A stretch of DNA of 64,000 bases from Callorhinchus milii. Lineage: Eukaryota. Shown here piece after piece: positions 49,346 to 61,650 of this stretch. Below the pieces are notes generated by a model, which was not told the origin of the DNA, did no database searches, and saw only the letters and a list, made by a program, of their open reading frames with translations. Position 1 is the first letter of the stretch. The number at the start of each line of letters is the position of its first letter. Location: contig NW_024704768.1 in NCBI RefSeq assembly GCF_018977255.1, positions 5,022,001 to 5,086,000 of the forward strand, given 5' to 3'. A program made the position numbers and the translations under genes.

Positions 49346-52300
49346 ATGAGTCGCGCGGACCCCGAGGAGCTGCTGCGCTGCCCATACGATGGGAGTCACC
49401 GCGTCCGCGCCGCGCGCTTCCCCTACCATCTGGTCAAGTGCCGTAAGGTGGGCCCCATAGCCCCCCAACAGCCCCCCCATAGCCCCCCAACAGCCCCCCA
49501 TAGTCCCCTCCAACAGCCCCCCCATAGCCCTCCAACAGCCCCCCATAGCCCTCCAACAGCCCCCCCCAACAGCCCCCCCATAGACCCCAACAGCCCCCCA
49601 TAGCCCCCCAACAGCCCCCCCATAGACCCCAACAGCCCCCCCATAGCCCCCAACAGCCCTCCAACAGCCCCCCCCAACAGCCCCCATAGCTCCCCAACAG
49701 CCCCCCCCCCATAGCCCCCCCCCATAGCCCCCAACAGCCCCCAACAGCCCCCCCCAACAGCCCCCCATAGCTCCCCAACAGCCCCCCCCCATAGCCCCCC
49801 AACAGCCCCCCATAGCCCCCCAACAGCCCTCCAACAGCCCCCCCAACAGCCCCCCATAGCTCCCCAACAGCCCCCCCATAGCCCCCAACAGCCCCCCATA
49901 GCTCCCCAACAGCCCCCCCATAGCCCCCCAACAGCCCCCCATATCCCCCTCCAACAGCCCCCCCCATAGCCCCCCAACAGCCCTCCAACAGCCCCCCCAA
50001 CAGCCCCCCATAGCTCCCCAACAGCCCCCCCATAGCCCCCAACAGCCCCCCCATAGCCCCCCAACACCCCCCCATAGCCCTCCAACAGCCCCCCCATAGC
50101 CCCCTCCAGCAGCCCCCCCATAGCCCCCAACAGCCCCCCCATAGCTCCCCAACAGCCCCCCATAGCCCCCCAACAGGCCCCCCCATAGCTCCCCAACAGC
50201 CCCCAACAGCGCCCCCCAATAGCCCCCCAATAGCCCCCAACAGCCCCCCCCATAGCCCTCCAACAGCCCCCCATAGCCCCCCAACAGCCCCCCCATAAAC
50301 ACAGCCCTCCCAACACCCTCCACCCACCAATAGAGGCAGTGAGACCCCCCCCCCCCCAGTGCAGTCTCTCTGCCCTCTGGTAGGGTATTAATTCCCTGTG
50401 GGGTTCACTATCCCCCGATTCACTGCTGTAAAGTTTTATACTGAGGCCACGTGTTGGTTGGTGTTGGACAATCCCTGAACGTTGTGTATGAACTGCGGGC
50501 GTTCCCTGTGACCCCGTTTTGGCTTTTCTTCCCCCAGAATAACCCGGACAAGGCTCGCACCCTGGAGTCCTGCCCCTTCAACGCCAGGCACTGCATCCCC
50601 AAGGCCGACATGAAGCACCACATCACTAACTGCTCCGACAAGAAGGCCATCGAGGACGATTTTGGTAAGGAATCGGTGTGGGAACCGGGCGGAAAAAAGA
50701 CCCGAGGTTCGGCTCCCACCGACCTGGCAGTGGCTCTTGACGCATCGCGCCCCAAACTCTACACTGACTCCCCCAGATATTATCTTCGAGCTGAAATCAA
50801 TCCCGTTTTGGTCTTGAAACAAACAACACTTTCCGTCTGTCTGTCCGTCTGTCGTCCTGTTGGAGCCTGTTCCATAAAATATTTTATATAAAATAGTGGG
50901 GACGCTGCTGTGCGCAATTGGCTGCCGCGTTTCGCCCACAAAATACGCAATCAATTTACAGTATATTCTGTGAAGGGCTTTGAGACGCCTTGAAGACTCG
51001 ATCGGGCATTATATCAAACGCAAGGCTTATTATTGTTGTTATTTCCTAGTCAGCGTTGGGCAGAGAAAACATTGTGAAATACCTCAAAGTACCTGGCAAT
51101 GCCCACCCCCAGAGGAGGACTGGGAGAGAGGTTAGTTTTTCCTTCATTGTAACTTCCCCCCCCCTCCCCTCGAGCGTCTGTGAATTCTGCGCAGTAATTA
51201 GCGATGTCTAGTGTCGTAAGAAATTCTAATGCCAACGTTCACCCAGTCTCAGCCCCGGAGACCCATTTGATCTCAAGAGTCTAAGATCGCACATAATTTT
51301 TAAAGAAAATCTTTAAATTCTGCCTTACGTTTTCTTCAAAAAATAAAACCCTTCCAAATTTAGGGTGAACTGAACGACAGTATTGGGGATGGTAGTGCGG
51401 AGGTAATGTCACTGGAAACAGCAACACCAAACAGTCGTGGGTTCGAATACCGCTGCAGTCATTGTGTACGAATTAAAAAAAAAAGTCCACTTTACAGTGT
51501 ATTTGGTGAAGCGCATTGAGACGTCTGTAAGATGTGATCAGGCGCTATATAAATTCAAGGATTACTATTATCGCTGGTCAGGGTTTAAATCCCACGCTTG
51601 TGGTTTGTCTGGGGTCAGTACTTGACTCTCATTGATTACATTCTCCAGATAATGGCGATGACACCTCTGCTACTTTTGTCTACGGCTACAGCAATGTGAA
51701 CCAGAGCTGTGTGAAAGGCAGGTGGGTGCTGTTTCTGTGACTCCCCCCTGTTTAACTCCTTCCTACACTGCTACCTGTTAAAGGAGCGTTTGTTTGATCA
51801 GCGCTACTTTCAGCTAAATTGTTTAAAAATAATTTTCTTGCAACTGCTTAGTTTCAATGATGAGTGAGTTTAATATCAGTTTAGTGGGTAATGTTGAATA
51901 AACATATTATGTGTGTGTCTGTGTGCGCATCTCTGACAGGGCAGCAATCAGCGTTTTAATTGATTCTCCATCTCTAGTTCTATTTCAGTTTATGAGAGCA
52001 ACAATAATTTAGCAGTTGGTATAAGAGCTCCAAAGACTTTGCCTGAGCAGCCGTTGTCCTCAGCGGATTGTCTGGGATCCGTGCCGTTTGTGTTGCCCTG
52101 GAGAGTGGGTAAGTGAGACTTGTACCTTCCGAGTGGGAGTGAGTTCATATACTTTAATCATGTTTGTGGGACGCTGCTGTGCACAATTGGCTGTCGCATT
52201 TAGCCCACAAAATATACAGTCGATTCATAAGAAATGCTAGACGAAGAAAGACCAAGGTCCATCTAGTTTGCCTTTCATCTTCCTGGACATATGTCCCAAA

Positions 52301-52932
52301 CTCCCTATGTACAATATCCCATGATGTTATTTCTTAAAAGAAAACTAATCTGTGTTTGAAGGAATCAACATTTCCCTCTTCAACCCAGGGAGCCTGTTCC
52401 ACAGAGCCTGATTCACTTTACAGTATATTCTGTCAAGCGGTTTGAGACGTCTCAAAGACGTGATAAGGCGCTATATCAAATGCAAGGATTATTATTATTA
52501 TGTTAGACAGTAGAATACAGGGGAGCAACTGTGGAGTTCCTTTTCTGATTTCCTCTCTTTTAATTGCTCATTCCTCACTGGTTCTATTCTTACGTTGGTG
52601 TCCAAGCCTTTAGCCACCATGTCATAACCCTGTCAACAACATTCGCCTACAAAATATACAATCAGTTCACATTAAAGTATATTCTGTAAAGGGCTTTGAG
52701 ACACCTCGAAGACGTGCTTATTCGCTATATCCAATATCAAATACAAGGATTATTATCATTAGCAAATCGGCCATGTTTCCATGCCTTGTTTGTAACGAGA
52801 TATTAATGCTGACCTGAGCCGACCTATAACAAGATTTCCCTGTAATGCAAACCAGCCACTGGATTGTAAAGAGCTGCCCACTGATTGACGGACTTGCTTG
52901 GTTCTATTTTAGGTTCATCGTCCCGAGTGTGA
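49346..52932 (+). CDS. GTSF1: Gametocyte-specific factor 1 (paralogue B, full length, 177 aa), PIWI cofactor
   Basis: Exons 49346-49447, 50538-50664, 51050-51130, 51649-51721, 51978-52108, 52913-52932. [30 protein letters not shown]/..[30 protein letters not shown]/..[14 protein letters not shown]/..ATFVYG../[26 protein letters not shown]. Donor at 52959, last UTR exon from 53448, AATAAA at 53724. Confidence 0.92.
49452..50325 (+). repeat. C-rich minisatellite (CCCCCATAG/CCCCAACAG)n in the first intron of GTSF1 copy B
   Basis: About 870 bp of alternating CnATAG and CnAACAG units. Confidence 0.95.
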
Positions 52933-55437
52933 GAGGTGTCTACTCTCCAACCGTAGCCAGTGAGTATTGGAATGTGGCACATTAGACATCAGCAGTTAGT
53001 AAATAAATCAAACTTGCTCACAGTGATAAGGCCACACACTCCAATGGCCTCAGTGTCAAAGAGAGAGAGTGTGTGTGAGGTTCCATCCAGCCTCAATCAT
53101 GTAGCTTAATGGCTGTGTCCCTCCAGTGTGATCACACTGCCTCTCCTAAGCTCCATCTCCGCAGCTCTGTCCTCTCCTGGTTTCATTCTTACCTTGTCCC
53201 AAAGTCTCCACTTTGTCTCTTTCAATGGCTTCTCCTCTTCCCCCCCCACATCTCTCATTCCGTGTGTCTGTCTGTCTCTCAAGTTGGCGAGAGCCAAGGC
53301 TTGGGGACCCAGAGTGTACAGCAACTCTTAGTAGCTTTGACTCCTAATCAGACATTATAAGCCAGAACATTAAACTGCAGCAAACCACACCACCCATCAC
53401 TTGAGGATGATCATATGTTGATGGATTCTTTTCTTGTGCATTTTCAGCCTGTTCCTCGCCACGTGGAGGAGGTAGAGAAGAGGAATTGGACCAGACCTTG
53501 TTTTTAAAGGTGGCCAATGTCACACTGGGAATCCTGTTGTCCCTGTGGTTTATAAGATGTTAAGAGGACTTCTGCACGACATTAAGTGCGGTAACTTTTA
53601 ACCCACCCCCTCAGAGAGGGACACACCTGATGGCTGTTCCTCAGAACCTGTAGCCACAGACACGATCCCTGTTCCAATAGTTTTGTTTGGGCTCAGACTT
53701 TGTTCCCTGTTAGTTTACCATTTAATAAAAAAAATTGTTCTGAAAAATTCTCAGTTGTGATGTTTGTTTCTCTTCTGCTTAACATATTGTGGCTTTGGGC
53801 AAAGAATGGTAATAATTAAAAGAATAACAATTCATCCTTGCTTTTGATGTAGCGCTCCAAATGAGTCGTCTCAAAGCGCTTCGCAGGATACACTGTCGAG
53901 TGGATTGACTGTGCATTTTGTAGGTGAAGCGGGTCCCCGGTATTCCAGGTCACAGCACAGCCTGGCTCATCGACAGGCTGCGAACACCCAGCAGGTCAGG
54001 CAGCGTCTATGGCGAGGAAAGTGAGTTAACATTTCGGGTCTTCATCGGAACCCAACAGCAGCTCAATGTGGGGATGGAGCTGGTGACGGCGCTTCGTCAC
54101 CAGGAGGTGGCGCTCCCGTATCAGCTCCGACGTGGTGAGCCCCGGGGGCTGCGTCGGGCACTGTGAGATAGGCTGACCCTCCAGCGCAGAGCTGGGAGGG
54201 GGGAGAGAGCACCGCATTGTCATATGAGATTTTAGACCGAGCTTCTTTGCCTCGTTTGAAGGACCCAATTGGAGTTTCTCCCCAGTGATTAATCCTGCCT
54301 TCTGCAGTAAACAGTCACTACACCGGACAGCAATCGTGAACACTGAGTGGGTTGGGTGTATGAACAGCTCCTGCTTGCCCCTCTCTCATCACCTCGCTCT
54401 CCTGACAGTGTGAGAAACGTCTTTTGTCAGCCTCGTAAATCAAAGGCAGTTATAAAGCCATCGCTTCCCAGGGAAAGGTAAACACCCACGGTGTCTACTG
54501 GAGGCCGGTCAGCCGGCTCCTCACATTAGCTACGGACTGTGATACGAGCTGTCCTGAGCAGCGTACTCAGGCTGGAGCACACAGGCTAACATACACAAGA
54601 GCACGGATACACACAAAGACACCAAGTCTCGCTCAAATCCGTCCCTACATGTTTATCCTTGGAACCGTAACAATATTTATTTTCCATTTGATACGGTGCC
54701 TTTCCTGTCAGGAGCTCGTCTCAATGCATGTCGCAGAATTTACTGTGAAAAGTAGTGACTGTGTATTTTGTGGGCAGCCCCAATTGCGCGAAGCGACATC
54801 CCCACAAACAGCCATGGAGCGAATGAACGATTTGAATGACCACAGGAATGGGTAACACACGGGTGGCCGTTCAGCCCATTATTGTTGGTTGCTATTTGTT
54901 CCTTCAAGACGTCATCATCCAACCTCAACCCAGTTCCATCTCCTCCAACCTTCTTCCTGCAGACTTGCCCGGCTCAGAATCTATCCAGTCCCTGAGCCAG
55001 GCAGGTCTGTAGTCCTCCAGGTGACAGCCCAGTCACTATGGCAGGGACATGCACACACAGGGCCTCAGTCTTATACCATCTATAGAACCAACGCCCCCAA
55101 ATAACTTTTATATTCTAATTGCCGTTGAGATGTTGATTTGGTCTCAGCCTCGAGAATCGCTCCTCAGAACGCATTCTCGCCTCGACCTCCCTCTGTGTGG
55201 GACGTGTCTCTCCTCCCTCCCCCCACCTGAACAAGCTTGACTTTGCTTCTTGTCACGGATTCTCAACAAACGGAGAAACTCTCTTGAGTGTGGGAGCCGG
55301 AGCCAGAGACTGTAAGCCAAGTGTCCATGGGGACCTTCCCAGGTTTCTCAGTTACTGACCGGGATCGAGTGCGTAAACTCAGACCCATGTGTCAGTCCTG
55401 GCCGAGGGCTTCTCCTGCGATACCACAAGTCTAAACA

Positions 55438-55559
55438 CCGACACTCACTGACTTTTGATCAATCATTCACTCAGCAAATCCCCGTGTCTGCGCTGTGCGC
55501 TGTGCCGTGTGGCAATGAATTGCTGAGTGAATGATTGATCAAAGGTCAGTGAGTGTCGG
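55438..55559. repeat. 40-bp inverted repeat with a 42-nt spacer (hairpin or MITE-like)
   Basis: 55438-55477 is the reverse complement of 55520-55559 with one mismatch. Confidence 0.92.
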
Positions 55560-56357
55560 CGGTTTCTAGAATGTTCTCTGGGGTTATCTGCTGCCGGTTA
55601 TTCACATTTACTCAGTGAAAATCGAAAAAGCGATAGAATCAGAGATTCTACACGATAATTGATTGAAAGAGGGATTTGCTCGATTGGGATTTGGCTTCAA
55701 AACCCCCCACGGCCTTGCTCCTCCCTACCTCGGTGACCTGCTAACTCCATATAGTTTTCCCAACATACACTCTGGGCTCCCCCAAGCCTTGGCTCTTGCC
55801 AACCTGCTCCTAATACTATCTGGAATTAGGTAAGTAGGGTCCGTCCCTCCAGAGAGAGCGCGCGTATTCCAATCCAACACGTGGGAATTTCCACGTGTGG
55901 ATGACAGACATGGAATTCTCAGTCTGGCTGAGACTGTTAAGCACCTGTCTGACCGACACTAGTCCACACACGTACCCGATAATCAGGTGGGAAGTGGCTG
56001 CAGCCCTGGCCATGAAGGGGTTAACGCGGTGACTCAGGATGTGAGGAACAATCTGAAGTTTTGTAAAATAATGACTTCATTAAAACCAACAGTAAACACT
56101 CTCTGTGTTGCTCTCTGCCCTGATGGCACCGATATACACGTGTTCCCCTGGTGGGGCCGGGCCGAGTGCTGATGGATTGGCCTGAGCTCTGGTCAGACAG
56201 TTTAAGATAACAGCTAAAGTCAGAGGATGTTTGGGTTGGTCGGGCTGAACGCAGGCCAGCTGAGCGCAGGAATGTTTCTCTTGGCTGCTGCTCGCACGTG
56301 AGACTGTGAGCTTCCCCCTGGGCTCTGCACAGGGACTCCCTGACCAGAGAGCTGCTC

Positions 56358-56602
56358 TCACACACAGCACCACAGCACAGCACACACAGCACAACACACA
56401 GCACAATACACACACACAGCACAATACACACACAGCACAATACACACACAGCACAACACATAACACAGTGCGACACACACAACACAACGCAATACACTCA
56501 GCAGCATAGCACACGCACATACACACAACAAAACACACACACAGCGCCACACACAGCAACACACAGCTGCATAGTGCACACAACACACACACACATACAC
56601 AC
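56358..56602. repeat. Degenerate (CA)n / CACAG repeat
   Basis: CA-rich low-complexity tract. Confidence 0.85.
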
Positions 56603-59600
56603 TCGATCACATGCATTACATGTTATACAAATGTAGTGTGTACATCACGCCTTGGCACTTGGCTGTGTCCAAGCAAACAATCAGCCAACTAGAATCAGTT
56701 GCTCACTTTATGGCTGATGTGGGACATTCCTGTTAGCAAATTGTCTGTCACGTTTGTATATAAATAGTCACTGCACTTTACAGTATATCCAATTTGGAAA
56801 ATCTTGACGATGTGATAAGGCAGTGGATCAAAGGCAAGGATTGTTATCGTGACATTTTAGCTTGTGGTTGGGGGGGGAGGGACGCATACTCGGGAAGTTA
56901 CCGTTATGTGGAAAATCACAGGAAAATCACATAGGAGCCAACAGGGATTGTGGAAAGCGCTGGGAGCTTCCTGTTTACCTCGGTCGCTGGTAACGAGTGA
57001 CAGGATGAGCAAGAGGGAGACGAGGGCTTTGATGTTGAGGCGAGGGAGACAGAGAGAGGGAGACAGAGCGAGGGAGAGCTACCCAGCTCAGACCATTAGT
57101 TTGATGGAACTTCTGATATGCTCAGTGCTGCCCTCACTCCCATCTATAACATACACATGGCCTAAAGGACAACAAAATCAACAAGTTGCTCTTTACTATA
57201 AGCACAAAGCAAAGTGACCTCAGTCCCTGGTGTCAGGTTGGATTGCCTGCCCTGCAATTTTCCAAGGTCATATCAGAAGGTCACCGTACCCCAAGACTGA
57301 GCCTGGAGTTGGAGCTCTGGTTGGGGACATTCACTTTCCCACTCCCCACCCCTTCCTCCCCCTTCTCTCTCCTCCACTCCCCCACTCACATCCTTTTCAA
57401 AGCTACAATAAAGTCTGCTTCAGTCAGGCATATTCCCCTCTAACCCCTCCCCCGTGTAAACCACTCGCCTCACCTCCCTGTGTCTCTGGTCATGATTCTC
57501 AGGAAAGTCAGGAAGGAGCCTGTGTTTGGGTTAGACTCTGCTCCTGGTTCCTCTCACTGTGGGAGCTGAACTGAGCTCTTCAAAGCTGCCTGAGGTTCCC
57601 ACGTACATCTGCCACCTAGACACAGACACATACACATCCCCTCCCCTCGCTTCCTCAATCATCCCCTCGCTCTTTCCCCTCACGTTGCTCTTTCCCACTA
57701 ACTGAACCTGCATTGACCAGACCTCGGTGACTGACTCAATGGCTGAATGATTGACTCAGTAACTGCAGCTCTGACACCTCACCCTCTGGTCGATGCTCTG
57801 GGACGGATTCCAAATCCCAGAACACGAGCCAAGTCTCTTGGCAACTTCTCTGTGTAATTGTTTAAGCCTCAAGCGATTGGCCAGGGGACAGACATGCAGG
57901 AAGCCCCAGATACCAGGATAGCCTCTCATTGTCAGATTGATAGTTGTGTCCTGCAGGAATCCCACAGCCCAGCCACACGGGGAGAGATGAGAACATCACA
58001 GGGAAGGCCAAATTCAGGACAGACCCCACCCCAGGAAGTTTTGCTTTACTCAGAAGGTAATTCATGAGTGAAACAGGGTGACCAGGGGCTCTGGATTCAT
58101 TTAAACAGCAGCTCAAGGCTGTGATGGGACGGTAGGGTAGATGCTGTGAGAGCTGAGATCAGAAGGGCTGATGGCTTTCTTCCCATCATGTAACAGTGTG
58201 GAGAGGTCAAAGGCAAAGATTGTTATTACTGGTCACTAGTTGGTCATTAGACATTTGAGAAGCCCCAGTTTGAGGCCTGGCTTGAGGTTTGAGGCTGTGG
58301 GCACTAGGTCAGGCTCAGTGGCTGAGAGACGTAGTTTCCGTGATGTGACGTATCTTCAGCATAGTGTGACCAACAGAGTCACTGGCGAAGGTCAAGAGAA
58401 GTGAAAGTCTCTCACTGTTGGGGCTGGTGGTGGGGGGCTCAGATCCGACTCTGCCCGCGTCTCACCCGTCCCCTCCCAAAACCCTTTAATATTCCTGCTC
58501 CTCAAACAGGGCTCTGTCTGTGCCCAGAGTGATGGTGAGTCACAGCTCGGCCTGGGGAGGGTGGAGTCTATAACTTGGCTGTGTATCATCTGTCATGTGG
58601 TGTGCACATGGGTTAGAGGGTCCGACATCTAATGACAAAATCATGCCAGCTGACAGCGATGCATATCGTAACATCCACATCACCAGTTATATGGAAATTT
58701 CCCACAGATTCCCACACAACCCCTCTCCGCGCCCCCTCCCCAGACTCCCAGTACAGGCACAGCTGTGAGAAGCAGAGCAGAGTCCTGACCTGTCAGAGAG
58801 CAGGAATTATCCCCACCGTCCATCCCTCAGCGATATGTTACAGGGATTGCGTTTCTGCCAGCTCCCACTCCCACTCGCTCCCCCCGCCCTATCCCCTCAC
58901 TTCTCTCTCTCTCCCCAGTCTAACCCCACTACCCAGGTGCTGGTACTCGCTCCCCCACTGGAGCTCTCTACTCTAACCCCCAATCCCTGCTGTTTTTCAC
59001 GCCTTGTATAAATACTTAGGAAATTCTCTCCAAAATACAGATACGGTCTTGGCTTCAGCGGCCTCTTTTCTGCCGAGACTTTCCACATCATAACAACCTT
59101 CTGTGTAACCATTCGATCTCTAACCTCTGCCTTTCTTCACCTGCTGACAATCCATGGAATTACTCTAAACAGAAGAGAGAGTTTGTGTCTCCCCGGGTGT
59201 CGGGGTCGGGCTGACACACCCCACAGAAAATTAAAATTGCTTGTTCGCTTCGCGGACATTGCTGCGTGCGCAAAATTGGCTGCTGCGCACGTCTGTGAAT
59301 TTCACAGTCACTACACTTACTTTAGAGAAAACTTTACGATGGGGCTTTGAGATGTTTTGACCTCATAACCATAGAACAGAAGAGATTTACAGCCCAGAAT
59401 GAGGCCACTCGGCCTGGCGTGTCTGTAAGCATTTTAAGAGCAATCCTTGCAGCCCAGAAAAACTCCAGATATGGGGCTGCACCAAACACCAGGATTATTT
59501 TTTTATTAAAACACAAACACTCCCAGTTTGCTCCACTCCTGTACGCACTCTACCCACTGGCCCAACACATCAAACCTAACATGGACATTGTGTGATGTTT

Positions 59601-61289
59601 TTGAAGTGCTGGAAAGTTGAGATCATTCTTTCTGAAACTTTCCGGGAAGGTCGACTTTTGGGTGAGATGGAAATTCTGGGGATGTGCAGCTGTAGCAGAG
59701 CTGCCCACAGGGAGCAGCCTGAAGTGAATCACTGGCCTCTACAGCAGCCAGGCCGCTGGACACCAGGGCCCACGCACGCCCAAGCTAAATGTGCAGCTCA
59801 CACTGACGGCACACAGCCTCGCCTGGGGGTGGGAGTGGGGGGGTCAGTCGGAACCCGGACTCATTCAGGTGCTCACGAGTTGTGGCAACTCTTAAATCCA
59901 GTGTGAACTTGGAAACCGGTTTCCTCTTAAGAACAACACCAACAACTTACACACGCAACAGCGTGGCGTCCCAGAGCGCTTTGACGGTGGCGGAGCACGA
60001 TGCTGAGCCGAGGGGAGGTGGGGGAGGTGACCGTAGGCACACTCCAAGAGGAAGGTCTTCAGGCGCAATAAAACCAGCTTCAGGCTGGATTTAGGAACAT
60101 TCCACAATTTGGTGCCATCTTAAATCGAAGGGAAAATGGTCTTGCGGCTGAGACCGGGAGGAATTTAATGCCCAAGCTCTGCTCCACAGTAATGCGTTGT
60201 GACACGCAGTTTCAGGACTAACAACAACAGCTTGCATTTATATAGCGCCAAAGAGTGTTTAAGTACACTCCCCAAAGTTTGGGGGAATTGTCGTATTAGA
60301 GTAGGCAGTAAAGGTCTTACAAAGAGATTTTGACCGGGCAGCAAATGGGCTGATAACTGGCAGATAAAGTTTAAAACGATAAACACAAAAGGTATTATAC
60401 ACGAAGTAAGAATAGGAAACAGCATCCACTCCATGGATGGGCAGAACTTACCAAGAGGGAGAAGCTGCGAGAGGTCGAGGGCTGATAGTGACTTGTTACT
60501 CACTGTTGGTGTGAGGCAGCGATAAACCAGATAAACAAGAGACTTGGCTACGTCGCTAATCAGTCGAGTTTAAATTCCCAGACGTCTCACTCATACAGTG
60601 CTCTGGTCAGGCCACACCGTATAGCACCGTACAGACAGCTCCGGTCAGCAACGAGCTATAAACAAGCTACGGCTCTCTTCAGGCTTGAGACACTGTTTAA
60701 ATGTGATGGGGGGAGGAGATCAGATGGGTCGAAGGTTCTTCTTCACCCAAACCAATCTTGGGACCTTTTGATCTTGTGAGATCCTAATGTCTTCTCTCCC
60801 CCCCACTCTCACCAGCCTCGGTGTGAACGGACATTTACTGATCTCGCTCTAACCGCCTGACCCTGTGTGTAGAGGGGGGTTCAGGGGTGGGGTGGGGGGT
60901 GCCTTCCCCTCGGCTCTCTCACCCCCCCCACCACTCCACACCTCACCAACATTGGGTACCAGCGGCTCAAAGTGATTTATTTCACCAGCTGCTGGGAGAG
61001 AATGAACATCTGGCAACATGTGGAGCGAGCGACTCCGGGAACAGAAATATGTTCCACGTAATTCACGGCAGATGTTGCGAGCGTCTATTTATAAACTGAG
61101 TAATCCTGTTCTACATGTAGATACACGTCCTGTAACTGTAACACACACAGCGCTGTATCTTGTAACTGTAACAGACACAGCTACTCCGCCACTGGCTCTC
61201 TCCTCAGGCCGCCCAGACCTACGTCTACCTCCGCAATCATCACATCTTGGCTCAGCTTCGCTAACTCCCTGCTTGTTGGGCTTCCCAAC

Positions 61290-61650
61290 TTTTCCCTTCA
61301 CAGTTTGCAGATCATCCAGAACTCTGCAGCTCCTCCCCTGACCCAGGCTCCGTGATCTCATCACCCCCATCCTTGCCTGGCTACATAGGCTCCCCATGCC
61401 CCAAAATCTTCTTCCTCGCTTTCAAAGCCTTGGCCTCCTCCCTACCTCTGTGACCTCCTAACTCCATATCGACCTGTCCCCTCCCTCCGCTCAGCGTCCA
61501 CTCCACCATCGGCGGTCAGGCTTTCAGCCTCTCTGCCCCCACCCTTTGGAACTCAATCCCAAATTTCCTCATTGCCTCCTTCAATGCCCGTCTCAAGACC
61601 CTCCTCTTAGACCGGACCTTCAGTGACCCTCCTACACCCACTCTCCCTGC
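61290..61650 (+). mobile_element. L2-clade LINE 3' fragment
   Basis: LQIIQNSAA, HITPIL-LH-LP-like and GG-AFS--AP-LWNS-like remnants (CAGATCATCCAGAACTCTGCAGC; GGCGGTCAGGCTTTCAGC..CTTTGGAACTC). Confidence 0.7.

Noticed and set aside
48763-50330. Long Gly/Pro-rich ORFs of 150-340 aa
   Set aside because: Artefacts of low-complexity minisatellites that lack stop codons in several frames.
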